From Phoronis australis (lineage: Eukaryota; Animalia; Phoronida): DNA of 64,000 bases. The position numbers and the translations under genes are program-made. Below, one piece after another: positions 43,876 to 56,900 of the stretch (the stretch's first letter is position 1; each line of letters opens with the position of its first letter). A model generated the notes under the pieces. That model made no database searches, was not told where the DNA came from, and was given only the letters and a program-made list of their open reading frames with translations. Location: positions 702,440 through 766,439 of the forward strand of contig NMRA01000149.1 of the NCBI GenBank assembly GCA_002633005.1, written 5' to 3'.

Positions 43876-46872
43876 CTGTTTGGTTAGGTAAAATGGAAAT
43901 TTTCATTCTTATAAAAGAACAGAAATCAAAAAGCGCCAATTCTATTCAGGTAATCGGAATCCGTTACTTGCATTACTACACTAGCATAGAGTTCCATGTA
44001 GCAAATGTGGAAATAGCGATAAGATTTTGCCATGTGTCGCCAAATGGTGGTAAAAATGTCATAACAGTGGATTATCCCAACAAAGGTTCTGCTACCCTCA
44101 GATTAGTCCTACACGAATAAATTTACAATAATGCAGAGTAACAGTACCGTGCCATCCTGTAGTCTTGTTAGAGCTGATTCCGGTGACTGTAGCGTGCAGA
44201 CGACAAGTGAATATACAGTGCTCCACTCTTGGACACGTAGGATACAATGTGGTTGACTGATGAAATTTTAGTTTCTAATTTTTCCATTAAAGATGTGTTC
44301 AGCACCAAAATCAATGGTTCACCATGTTCAAGTTATGTACCATTAGACATTTTGAAAAACTGTGGGCATCCACAAAAAAGTTGGTAGTCCTTGGAAAATT
44401 AAAACAGGGCAATTTTAATAACTATTTTGACAGAAATTGGTGAGTTTTATCATACACTCAGTCAACCAATTCAAGATTAGGGAGATTGCGTTTTGACAGA
44501 CACGCAAGAGAATTTATAATTCTCCCAAGTTTCGGACCTCAATTCAGGGCGTTTTTGCGGGAAATATATCTTTGAGCAAACTCGCACAGTATTTTGGCAA
44601 CTGACATTTAGACCTGGGCAGACAAATAACAACTATTTATAGATTTTTAGGATCGTTACATCCATCCATACACCCAACAATTAAGTGATCCATCACTTAT
44701 TCTCATAATTGCCCGTTAAGTATCCAGAACCATCATTAGCAACAGAGTATCAGCACATAGCGAAAAATATTGATTTTTCGAATACAAGATTGCAAAAAAT
44801 GTAAAGGTGCAATTAAGCACAATACGTAGATGAACCCCAGCATGATAGGTTTACAGAGTGTAACCAAAAAATATTTTGTGACAGACAATATCTGATGTTC
44901 TATTTAACGAAAAAACAAGGAAACAGATGTAAGAAAAACAGAAAGCAAAATAACCAAAGGAAAACAGTTTGAAAGTTTCCTACAAAAGCATCTCTTAGCA
45001 GAAGAAAGTATTAGGCCAAATGTTCTGGAAAGAAAATCACATTTTGTATATTACAAGTGCATTTTTTCAATTGTGCAATGTGCCAAACGTCATAATCTTT
45101 TTCGGAACATTGCCGCCATTTCTGAGTTCTGGTCAGCGGGAAAGTGTAACTCCCGTCTTAACTCTCAAAATAGGTTGATTAAACTGCATACGCAGGCAAC
45201 GCCCCTTCAATGGGAAATATTAAAATCCAGTCAGACAGGAGATAGTGCTATACATAACGGCTGCCGGGTCAACAATTTTCACGTATCTTTTGAAATTATG
45301 ACCTGAATAATCTTACCAGCCAACATAATTCAATCCCAAATTGAACTCTGCCGACCAGGCTTTCAAGTACTTTTTGACCAGGGATATATTTAAGTCTTAG
45401 AGTATTGAAACAGCACAAATCTTGTTTTGGAAAGTAAATTATAAAATTTTAGTCCCGTGATACTAATCTGCAAAAAGTAGAATTTGCAAGACTTCATTCA
45501 GGAGTGAAGATCATATTTCTTTCTATGCGCAATAAATAAAAATTTTCTGTCAATTTGTGCGTCCAATTATCATCATTGTGACACTAAGGAGATACAGAAT
45601 AATGACTTTGTTTTGACAAATGAAAGTTGACCTTAATGTAAATTGAAATCTATCTGTGTTGTAAGCAGTGCATACATTACAAGTCCCGGGCTGCGATTTC
45701 CTCAATTGAATGCAGCAAAATATGACACCAATTTGGGGTTGAAATTTGCGAAGCCAAGCAAAAAATCACGACTAAAATGAAGAAGTAATTTTAGAGTACA
45801 GTTATGTTATATGGTCAGTTGTTTCCTAGATAAGGAATAAACTACTTCAAGCATTCCTAAACTATTGGGGTGACCCAGATGAACTTGTCCAATAAACAAA
45901 ATGTGATCCTACCATGCAGTTAATCACATAAAAAACAGGCTCATTTGTCTCTTTACATACAACCAGACTGTAAACCTTGCAGACCATAACTTGGAAAAAC
46001 GGCCAGTTTCCTCAAACTTTAAGACTTTATTTATGGACACTTATTGATGTCTTGGCAATCATCTCTATTGCATTTCCCCTTCATTTCATTCCAAACTGAT
46101 CTTAAATTTTCCAGTGTGTACATATCGAAATAATCAATGATTCTCTTTCCACTCTGTGATTGGCTGACGTTTTAGTTATGCTTGAACTGAAATCACACTT
46201 TATCTCAAGATAACATATGATCAAATTGGAATATTAAGCTCGCTACATACCAATTTGACATTCTGCACACTGTGCTGGTAATTTTCAGGGCAAGTACAAC
46301 CATCCTATTACCCATGGTACAGCTCAGATTCCATAAGCCAAAGTTTCGCCTCTAGTTAGAATAGAATAAAAAGTTGTACTGCTATTACAACAGCTAAGAG
46401 TAGGCTTATGATGGGCCAACGAGAAAAATGCACCAATTCAATTCACGAGCTCATATTGCTTTTCTGTGCGTATCTCAAATCTCTCAGCTTCACTTTGTAA
46501 AGTGTGCTGCTTTGGGGTTTACACAAACCAGCACTCCGGTAGCAGCATGGATAAGTAATGGAGATTTTAAATGTGCACAAAATCCGACAGAAGTGTCATG
46601 GAACCAGTTGCATTTCAATAATACATAATAAATTTTGTAATACTAATCCTCTCAATCACCATCTGTAATTCCAAGTTTAATCAGGTATGACCATAACCAC
46701 GACAATCCAAGGTGACATTTTAATTAAGCAACTTCATATATATTTCAAATCGCATAAGCATCGAATAAAGGACAATACTTGAATAGTAATGGCAAACAAT
46801 AGTTCCATTTAATGTAATTACTCCACCTACGAACATACTTCTGTGAAATGAAATGGGAGACGAGGATAAAAA

Positions 46873-46948
46873 AACAAGACAGAGCATTACATGTGTAGTC
46901 AGTAGTGGAACAAGACAGAGCATTACATGTGTAGTCAGTTGTGGAACA
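46873..46948. repeat. 36-bp tandem duplication
   Basis: aacaagacagagcattacatgtgtagtcagtagtgg x2. Confidence 0.85.
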
Positions 46949-48492
46949 TGATCGTAATTAAGCATTTACAAAAAACATCATAAATATCACAATGGTTTCA
47001 GTTTCAGTTTCCCACCCTACACAGGATTCAGTTATGGAGCTTGAAATTCAAAAAAACAAACAACTAGAATGGCCTGGAATTCTAAGTTTCCACCTCAAAA
47101 ATTTCGAAGTAGTAGTGCTTTCTTTGACCTAGGAATTTACTGTGTCAAAGGCTCGGTACAATCACGAGAGACTGACAAGTCAAGCCAACAAAAATCTGAG
47201 AGAGCCTAACACTACCCATTAGGAAGGATAAGGGGACTTGCAATGGAGTTTCAATAAAAGATAAGTTTCAAAATCAAGACTGTTGCAAGCAGTTTATCCC
47301 ATTCAATCTGCCATCTTTTTGGTCACATCACGTGACCTAATGAATATAAGTCCCAAAAGATTTCTGTCCCTGACCGGGACAATGTAAAGCATAGTCATTT
47401 AGATTCCAGACTGTCATTTGTGAGGCTCCAGTTCGAATGCTGTGTTGGATGGCAGGCTTAGCAGTGCCCTGTCTTTTGTGTGTGAAACAGAATGAATGTG
47501 GTGTGAAAGGCCCACGTGGAAGGGAGCAAATGTGGTGTGAACGTCTTGAGAAACTTCATGGAAACTGGACGAATATGACAAATTTGAAAACCAACCAAAT
47601 GCACCTAGCTGCATCAGTTTCTTTGATTTCATCGATGTCTCAACCTTAGAACCAAGTTTTCAGTTGTGAAATTGGAGACAACATCACGCTGAAGAGAAAT
47701 TCTTCTTTGGGCTTGATCGAGTCATGTTACCAACCAACCTTACCTAACTGCACTCAAACATTGTTTCTGCCTGTTTTTGCGTTTCTGTTGTAGTATCTGA
47801 CTTTATTGTAAAAACATCCAGAATTAATCTTTGAAGCATCAAAATTGGTTCAGAAATAATTAAGCTACAATTTGTGCTACTTTAGTTTACACCGGAGTCC
47901 TCCAACACAAAAACCAATGGTTCACAAACAATGAAATGAATCTGCCACCAGCATAATTGATACGGTTTCAGTTGAATCATTAAAGGATAACCTTACCTAA
48001 CCTTTCTGATGATGACCCAAGTTTCATGCACACGTTTGAGTTTCAATATTTCACCTATCCAAGGAGGTGAATGCGCTGTTATTGTGTGAAGGGCACGCCT
48101 GGAAAAGGAAAGAATGTTTTTTTGCCAACCACCAATTTTTCATAACACGGGAGAACATCTTGCCAACTAATATGAAGCTACTTCATGGAATGCAACCCAA
48201 TATACTTTAACCAAGGTTTCATGACCTTATTGAATGCTGCAGTACTGAACATAGTGAATATGCATGGAGTTACACCACTGCCATTTAAGAAAGAAACTGA
48301 AGACTTCTTGTGTTGAGTAACAGCTGCTATCATATAGAATGAATCTGCCTTGAGAATGCTGCATAGGAAACTTTTGATGATCACATACAGTGTTCATTTG
48401 CACAGTTAATTGTAAAAACTGTGACAAAGTGGGACTGTGGTAACCCATTTCAAACATGCACATACACCACCACAAAGGAATGCGCTAATTGG

Positions 48493-48590
48493 TGAAGACA
48501 ACTTTGCCGACACCGAGACTTGAACCGCGGTTGCCAACATGATAGCTGAGCTTCTTATCCATTCAGCCCAGAGGCAATTGCCACTTCACA
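48493..48590 (-). mobile_element. Shortened solo LTR of the tRNA-like TRIM family
   Basis: Reverse complement reads agtggcaattgcctctgggctgaatgg...ggttcaagtctcggt...ttgtcttca, matching LTR 60033-60195. Confidence 0.7.
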
Positions 48591-48607
48591 AGAAATTAAG
48601 AAATACT

Positions 48608-48822
48608 GAATTTATTGCGAAGTCGCTGGAGCAGGACACCCGAATGGTATTAGAAGAAAGAACCATTGCTAATGGTTTGTTGAAACCCTGTTTTGTGTAA
48701 ATTTATTGAGTTTTGTGTTTGATATGGATGGCTGAAGTGAAGCACCCATGGAATTCCTTGTCGAGAGTGTCATACCTTGTAGTGTATTAATTGGGGACGA
48801 TCAAAATCTGAGGACACCTGTG
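48608..48822 (+). mobile_element. Truncated right half of the element at 48847-50106
   Basis: Aligns to 49080-49141 plus 49951-50106, including the right TIR ctgaggacacctgtg. Confidence 0.8.
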
Positions 48823-48846
48823 CCTAGTTGTAGATATAATTTGGCC

Positions 48847-50106
48847 CACAGGCGTCCTCAGATCGCAACAAATTCACGGTCAAAGCACAAAAATGTTCCC
48901 AAAAAGCCAACGCATCGAGCCTCCGCGGACGGTTCGAGGTCAAGGACAGTACGGATTATCCGATGAGTTACGGATGGACGGCAATTTCCCGGTTCATCAC
49001 GGAAGGTTACGAACGATGTCGTGACACTCCGTGACAAATCGGCAATTGCTTTTTGAGAAGATTTTTGTGCTTTGACCGCGAATTTGTTGCGATCTCGCCG
49101 GAGCAGGACACCGTGAATGGTATCTATTAGAAGAACAATTACCGTCAGAGGTCCTAAAGTCGTGAGTGCCCTAAAGTCGTGAACGATCTTATTTCCTCTT
49201 CTGCGCGGTCCCGCGACATCTGGCGTTGAAGTTTCCAGCGTTCGTCTGCTTACGAACGTCAAACGAACACCCGGACGTGTTGGTATTCACAATATGATAA
49301 CAAACAGTAAGTGAGTGGCTTCTTTTTTCAAATGTATCTTAAAAACAGCATATTTCACTAATCCACTTTTTTGAGCATTTTGGGGATATATTTTCGAAAA
49401 TATTCATTGTTCAGATTTACTCAAACACGAGCTCCAGGGGTAGCTTCAACAATGTATCAAAATGTCCCAGGGTCGATAAAGTTTTGTAAGGCCAAAGCAA
49501 TAAAACACAGAGAGATAATTGATGCTGGGTCCTTAGCGTTTTACGTGAACAACCTCATTGAAAACGTCTGTGCACATCAAAGTTGGGTGCAAAACATATA
49601 ACAATTTATTTCAATTGCAACTGAATTAATAAACAATGCAATGCATTTTTATGTCATCTAGAGTAACTGTACGCACTGTAGTTGACTTGTGTGGTCTTAC
49701 TTCGTGTATTTCCGTCTAACCGAAACGGTCACGACTTTAGGGCCTCATTCAAAATGGCCGGCGATATCAGCGACCGTTTCAAAACTCTGCTTACGGAGAC
49801 AAACAAGGATAAAGATTGTTAAAACACGTATATTTGTGAAGGCTGATATACGTCCATGACATCACATGAGCAGTTGCTAACCGACATTGGGTAGTATGAC
49901 AATCGGCACTTATTATGCTTATATTCACGACTTTAGGTCACCGGTGTCTACTAATGGTTTGTTGAAACCTTGTTTTGTGTAAATTTATGCTTTGTGTTTG
50001 ATATAGACGGCTGAAATGAAGCACCCGTGGAATTTCTGGTCGGGAGTGTCATACCTTGTAGTATTACAATGGTGTATAAGGGGATCAGAAGCTGAGGACG
50101 CCTGTG
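48847..50106. mobile_element. Non-autonomous DNA transposon, 15-bp TIR, probable 8-bp TSD (hAT/P-like)
   Basis: Perfect TIR CACAGGCGTCCTCAG / CTGAGGACGCCTGTG; flanks atttggcc / gtttgacc (6 of 8 identical); internal 48-bp inverted repeat at 48860-49095. Confidence 0.75.
49142..49948. mobile_element. Nested TA-targeting (Tc1/mariner/pogo-like) non-autonomous element
   Basis: TA on both flanks; CCTAAAGTCGTGA x2 at left, inverted x2 at right; insertion point confirmed by the empty paralogous site near 48668. Confidence 0.75.
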
Positions 50107-52800
50107 GTTTGACCATATTTTCGTACAGCTAGCTCAGCTAGTAGCTGGCTGGCTATTATTGCAATGAACAGAACCTACGACATGGAAAACCACCAAGCCA
50201 GAAAATCAAGCTTCACTCCAACAAGGCCAGATTCTACAACCTGTGTCAGGTTTATAATTTACTTCGTTAGGCCTACGCCACGGCTACGATTAAGTTTGCG
50301 TCAGCTGATGGATTTGGAAACCACCCCTTGAAAATGGCGAAACCAAGCGGCACTCGCCAATCGGCAATCGACTGGTCTATTCTAATGAGACTTTTTCCAT
50401 ATTCGAGTTGCGCACAAACAGCAAGAGGAAGCAGATAATTCCACTCACCTGAAATTCGCCCGTGCATGTGCCGTGCGCTAGGTTGTTTTCGTATTGCTAC
50501 CGCAAAATCACAAGACCTGTCATGAGTCATCAGGTCTACAAATAGTTTCTAAAGAATGAATGTCATTCATTATTCGCACATAAATGAATGAATTTCTCAT
50601 AAGAAGCAAACACCAAGTTGAAATAAGGCAAAATGTACTACTGGTAATATTAGTTTGGTCATTACGAAAATTAAGTTAGAGTAAAATTACTCCATATGAA
50701 AAGCGATTTATAATGATTTTCGTTTATGCGCATACACGTTGTATTTGGATAATTTGTCCTTAAATTTGCATTGGCTTTATAATGGAAAATATGTTCATGT
50801 GATTGGACAAACATCTGGGTCAAAGTTCAAAGCACGTCAGGTTGTGACAGGGGATTTCATATTAGTTTGACTTCCCAGCTAGCGAGTGTGCGGTCGCATA
50901 CTCGGTAGCCTTACCTAACCCTATTCTTTTTTTGATTCCCCGTTGCACCGAGTACGCAGTTGTTTGTTCAAGTTTTCTGCTGCTTGGGGACTTGGTGCGA
51001 ATTGATAAAAACTTGTTATGGGATGTTTTAGGTAAATTAATGATGCCGTTGCGTGGGTTTGGGCCCCTTGTGAAAACATGTCCGGGCGACTTTGAGCGGA
51101 ACTCACCCTGGGTTCGCCACGGGGTCCAGCTCAGTCGCTTCTGAAATGTTCTCAGTACCAGCAGGCCCTCTTGTAATGGCAGATCAACGACTGCATGGTT
51201 ATGTTTGTCATACAACCAACCATTTGTTTGACAGTAAAAGCAATGCAGTACAATTTCCACTAATGGTACACTTTAAAAGAGGCACAAACGTATTCAAAAT
51301 GTGTCAATTTTTTGGGGGGAGTCACTGTGGGAAATGAGAGGTAGCTGATCGCAATATGTTATGTTTTAGATTACTGCATGGAGTCATTTTTAACATCTCT
51401 TAATTGGCCAAAACTGGATTTTGTATCCTTCTAATCAATTAAACATGCACTTTATCAAAAATTAATATTTGAGTTTAAATATTTCATTTAAGCCACTGAC
51501 CATTATCAAAATGGCCTTATCTCCTTAACTGACAATGGCAAAAAGCGTTGTAGTTCAGCAAGGTACAGCAGTTTTTATAAATTTCGATCGTTTTCGTTTT
51601 TGCTTCCAACATTTCTCTAAGTAGCACAAGATTAACCTACTTTATCCAGTACCAAGGGCATCATTCTATGCTAGTGTCATATTTCACATAAGGACCGTTT
51701 TCACATGCTGGTTGCTGGAGGCAAACAAGTGCTGTCAAAACAAGTTTAATGAATTCTCGCCTGGGTAATATCCAACTCCATCAGTGTAGATTGGCACTGA
51801 GTGGTTCAGCATGTATTACACATTTTAAGCATTTTGAAGTTTATGAGAAACTACCAAACGATAATATGGTAAAGTTTCCTCAAATTTAAAAATAAGAATG
51901 GATAAAATTGACTATTTCATCATCTTTCACTCCCTGTATTGCCAAGTGTTAAAAAAAATCACTGTGTTTGTCAGTGACAGCCGTACTTCAAAAATTTTTC
52001 AATTTAAGTGAAATTGTCGTTTTATTTATTCTTGTTGAAAATTTTCATCAAGTGAAATTTTACTGTTCTGCCATATTATGTTCGAATTCAAGAAACTTCA
52101 CCGCATGTACCAGAGGCGTTTATTGAACACCTCATTCAGGACCATTAACGGTTTCGATTCTCGTTTTTTTGGATTAAATGTAGCAAGTTTGTGTCTCTAA
52201 ATTTATATGATACAAACTGTCGACAGCACAAGTCAGTGACTGCTTCTACATGTACAATTAGATTCCTTGGCACTAACTAGATACATTGCAGTTCAAAGTC
52301 CTGCACATTTGATGACTTAATTAGTATTGCATTGGACTTTAAACATTGACCACAGCATAATTTGTGACCTTCTGTAACTCTTGTCAGAGTCAAAATGACT
52401 CCGGTAAAGCTTTTTTCCACTTTTCTTTAACAAACATTGCCACCAACAGTTGCTGCATGCAGCGAACAGATTGTCCTTTGTTCAAGCAATGAGCTATGGC
52501 TAATTGGTTCAAGATATCAGATGCAACAGGTATCCCATATACAAACAAGTATGTCTTAAAAAGTTGATATTTGTCATTTTAATTAATATCTTCATCTTAA
52601 ATTCAGTGATCTATTAGTGGTTACAAAATCATTCAAAATGCAAGTCCAACTATGTGAAAGACGATTGTGTCGGTTGAAACATGTTGAAGTAACGTAGGAC
52701 CTTATCATCAAACAGTGCTATTCAGCCAAATATAAACAAAACTATTAGACATTAACTCTGTAAAAGTACACATTTTCTGAAAGAAGAAAGCCTGTAAAAT

Positions 52801-52806
52801 TTTATT
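52801..52806 (-). terminator. Candidate TRAIP polyadenylation signal AATAAA
   Basis: AATAAA on the minus strand about 350 nt downstream of the stop codon. Confidence 0.45.
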
Positions 52807-53153
52807 TCTTCATAGTGGTGTTAGTTTTCTGAGTTCAAAATTTTGACAGAACAATGCAAGGAAAGTATTTGAAAGTTGCATATGAATGTAATCAGCCATT
52901 TCTGCAATGTGATATTCCGAAGTTGGACATTTTGCTCGTGTCCTACACAATCTTGTAATTGAAATCTCCAAATATTCCGGGCATAGGATGGTTGTGCCCA
53001 CAACATCTTGAGAATTTAATTTAACATGTTTTACCAACACAATCATCTTAATGTTTTATCTCATCTGCCACATCGATAACAGTTGTGTTACAGCCGTCCT
53101 ATCTGCCATTGTAAACACCAGTAAAGTTCCATATGAAAAGTTTTACACATGCA

Positions 53154-53947
53154 TTATGACAGAAATCCTTTGAGTGAGGGTAAAGCTGGTTCACGTCCTT
53201 TCCCCACATTGAGAGGTCGTAATGCCGTTGATTTTTTCGGCTTAGCTATTGGAGCCTTAAACATTGATTTCTGGGATAGGTTCACATGGTTCTTGTGTCC
53301 GCCGAGTCCATTATATCCAGTTCTTATGATGCTAGAAGTAGTCTCTTTTTTCTTGAGGATGTTGAAATTGAGCATGGGTGGAGGCAAGTCTGTGTCCTTT
53401 TTCACTCGTTTCGCACCGCTAAACCCTGCCTTGGAGAACTTAATGTACCGAATGTCATTGTCATCACACTCTCGTTTCATTTGGGTGTTTGGACTGGCCA
53501 TCAATATCTCAGGTGTGTCTGGCACAAACGATGCGTCCAAGTCTATCACTTTATTCTGATTTCCTGGCGTTGACAGCGTTGGTGTAAATGAGCTCGGGGC
53601 AGGGCTCTCGTGTAAAAAACGCTTTGCTAAACTCACCGCCGAATCACTGGGTGAACCAAGTGCTTTCTCCAGTTTGGAAAGTTTCAGAGATTTATTCTGC
53701 AGTTCAGCCTCCGTTTTATTTAACCGATCCTGCAGGGAAGAAATTTCAATATCCTTCTGTTGTACTTCCCGCCTCAGTGCTTGCAAGGAGTTCTTAAGCT
53801 TGGGATTTTCATTCCGTAAGGAGCGCCTGTCCTCTTTTACCTTGTCCAGTTCACGTTTTAACACAACAATGTACGTAGCCATCTGTTTTGCAGCTCCCTC
53901 ACTTGTTCCCTGAGTGGATAACACCTGCTGTATATCGCATTCAGAAT
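53154..53947 (-). CDS. TRAIP: TRAIP last coding exon (DSECDIQQVL...PSLKGFLS*)
   Basis: 794 nt; acceptor ttcttttcttag; stop TAA at 53154-53156. Confidence 0.93.
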
Positions 53948-56900
53948 CTAAGAAAAGAACAAAACATTTGGTAGAAGGAATTTCACTACGTTAGGCATTG
54001 TTTACAATTTTCAACGACTTTATAAAACACACATTTTCAGGCACATCATCGTGTATAGGAAAATGTTTACAAGTAAAAACAAGTTTGTATCAAATGAAGT
54101 ATCAGAAGAGGGTTTCAAACACCATCACTTTAGGAGCTGCGATAAACAATGAAAGTCTAGTCTTAAATTCAAATTCATGGCTATCTATTCAGCAACATCA
54201 AAAGTTCTATCTGGAACTACTTTTTAAATCTCTTTTATCCTGACAAGCAGTTTTGTTTCCTTATTTTCAAAACGTCTCTCATTTACAGAACTAGCGACAC
54301 TCACTGTTCACCACTCTCCTGAAGAAAAATTTACTAAACTGGTTGACGAATGTTAGACTTTAGCTTTATCTCACATTTTTTGAGTCGAAATTACTCGACA
54401 AATTACAAATTCCATTACTGAATCACACTTTAAAAGCAACTATTTTGATGTTATCTTTACTAAAATACAAATCCTTAATTATCTTAGAAAGACATTTTTC
54501 GTATTCAATACTGCTCCCCCGGCGTATATTCACTATCAAAGCAGCAATGGAAAAGTGATGTTAACGGCTGAGCAACAAGCTTTTATCTTGGTTCCGCATT
54601 CACGACTATTATGCAAACACGAATGACTGACATGGACTGCATATAACAGTAAGCCAGATATTGAAATCGCTAAATGACAGTGAAAGTGCAGAACTAAGGC
54701 GTGGACCATTTACAACACTTTCTATTGTTTCATGCACAGTAAACACACACCCACGGAACAGCAATTAACATAGATAATGTCTTTCCAAAATAGTCAAGTA
54801 TCTGTATTTTTAAAAGGTAACATTAAAACAGTTACGTTCTCCTTTCAAGGCTTCAAGCATACTACATTGCTACACCTGGTATTTTGCATGCTGATTCCAC
54901 TAATGTCAACGGACTGCATGTGGGAGGTGAGAAAAAGAACTGCCCATTGGGCAACTGGAAAAAAAGTGGGACAATCATTGCAGGCACACAACTTAAAATT
55001 ATATGAGCGGGAACAGAGGATATACACTTTGATAGATGCTGCAATGTCTTAAAAGTAAAGACAAGTGACAAAATATAGTATATCCAGTGCGATGAAATAG
55101 GTGTTAGGCTTGATCTAGTCCTGCAAAGAAAGGATAGTGCCATTTGAAATAGCAAAATTTGCACTGGACCATGCATTACCCACCTGTGATGACCTTCTGG
55201 ACATTTTCCAGCTCCTTTAGGTGAGCCCTCAGTTGCCGAGTCTCCTTGATGCACTGTTTGGCTTCATTCTGCTGTGACTCCAACAGTTTCACCTGGCCCC
55301 TTAATGTCTTGCACGTACCCTGCTCCTCTCGCAAGGCATGACGAATACCTGCAACAGTACGTTAATGTCAAGTGGTATACATTTGACCGAGCCAGTATTC
55401 ATTATGCTATTTTTTATGCTTTAACGTAAAATGCGGGTAGCCTGTTCAGCACAAAGAACTGCTTTCTATGGGCTTCTCATGTGTCTACCAGAGCTTGGTA
55501 AATTATATTAATCAAGTTATGATGAATTTTCCCTTAGAGCCTGAACTACGTGGCTTAATATGGGATGCTTAGTTAAATGCAATATGGAGACATCAAATTT
55601 GAATGACAAAATCATGCGCCTGAGGTACCTATAGGACTGGAACATGTGCAGCCTTCAAGGAAAATATGGGGGCTGGCATATACAAAAGACATTCTGCTCT
55701 CACCAAACTAGGCAGGTGAATGCTCAATTTAGTTATAAGCTGGTGGGTAATGGGAGCACTTCAATAAATGTATGCCCCCAAAGGAGGCAAGTGAACTGTG
55801 AACTTAACGCACGTGAAAATGAAATACCAGATTGCCACAAAGAGAACTGAAATTACGACTTGGGGTACTGCAGTCGACAGGTCCATCCAATAACAGATGC
55901 AGTCCTGCTCAGCTTAATAGAAACTAATTTTCTATTTATTTATTATTGTAATATTTACAATCAGTTCTCACTACTTTCCATGGGGGCTCTCATGATGATT
56001 CTTTAAGGGGTTTGGCAACTGGGGAGCCCGATACCGAAAGCGATTAATATTTAACTGAAAAAAATTATGTTCGGGAACACTGTACAAGTTGTAATTATTT
56101 AAAATGACCAAGTAATGCTCTATGCTAGATAATAAAAACATTATGCCAAATTTCATGCTGATCTTTTAGAGAACTTGATGCAAACATAAAAAATTTATAA
56201 AACTGCTGGTAGTGGGCATGACAGTAGTCCTAACTGTTCAAAATCAATGTTAGTCAAGTCTTCATCAATTAGAAACGTACGTGTCAAATTTCAAACCTTT
56301 TTTCTGAAAGAAAGACAAATGCCTAAATGGACATCAAAATTCCAAAACAGCAATGCAAAGCATCAAAATGCGCCCACAATGGCTAACAAATGTGGCTTAC
56401 AATTGCCACTGTGCAGCACGGCAGGATTACGACCAGTCCAAAAATTAGCGAGGCATGTCCTCTACTTGATAGAAAAACATCTACTAAGTCTAAATGTCAT
56501 GACTTTGTTAGGTAGGGGAGTGTGAGCAAACACGTGGACAGAGATGACTGCAACATACAACCACGTATGATTTATGTATAGGTGAGCACATAAAAGTGCT
56601 TTGAAATGTTGGTTTTCAGGACAAAAGTTGAGGGCATTGCTTTTACAATTTCTTTAGGAAATTCGTTATCTGCAAAAATAATAGGTTGAAGAAATCAAGC
56701 TGGTTAATTAAGTTCCACTAAGTTTTCTGTCATTGCAAAAGCATAAAAAGATCAAAAGTCAAGTTCATAAAACTGTTATTGGTTAAAAGTTTTATTACAA
56801 AATTGTCATATTGCCGCTTATAATATCATTCTTATATGCATTTAAATTCATTAGACCACTGAATTAAAATAGAACAAAAGACGATCACAGCTTTATGCCA

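Noticed and set aside
48748-49262. 72-aa and 134-aa ORFs in a CpG-rich region
   Set aside because: Lie across nested non-autonomous transposon boundaries; no recognisable domain.
53149-53913. Plus-strand ORFs opposite the TRAIP last exon
   Set aside because: Antisense shadow frames of the real coding exon.
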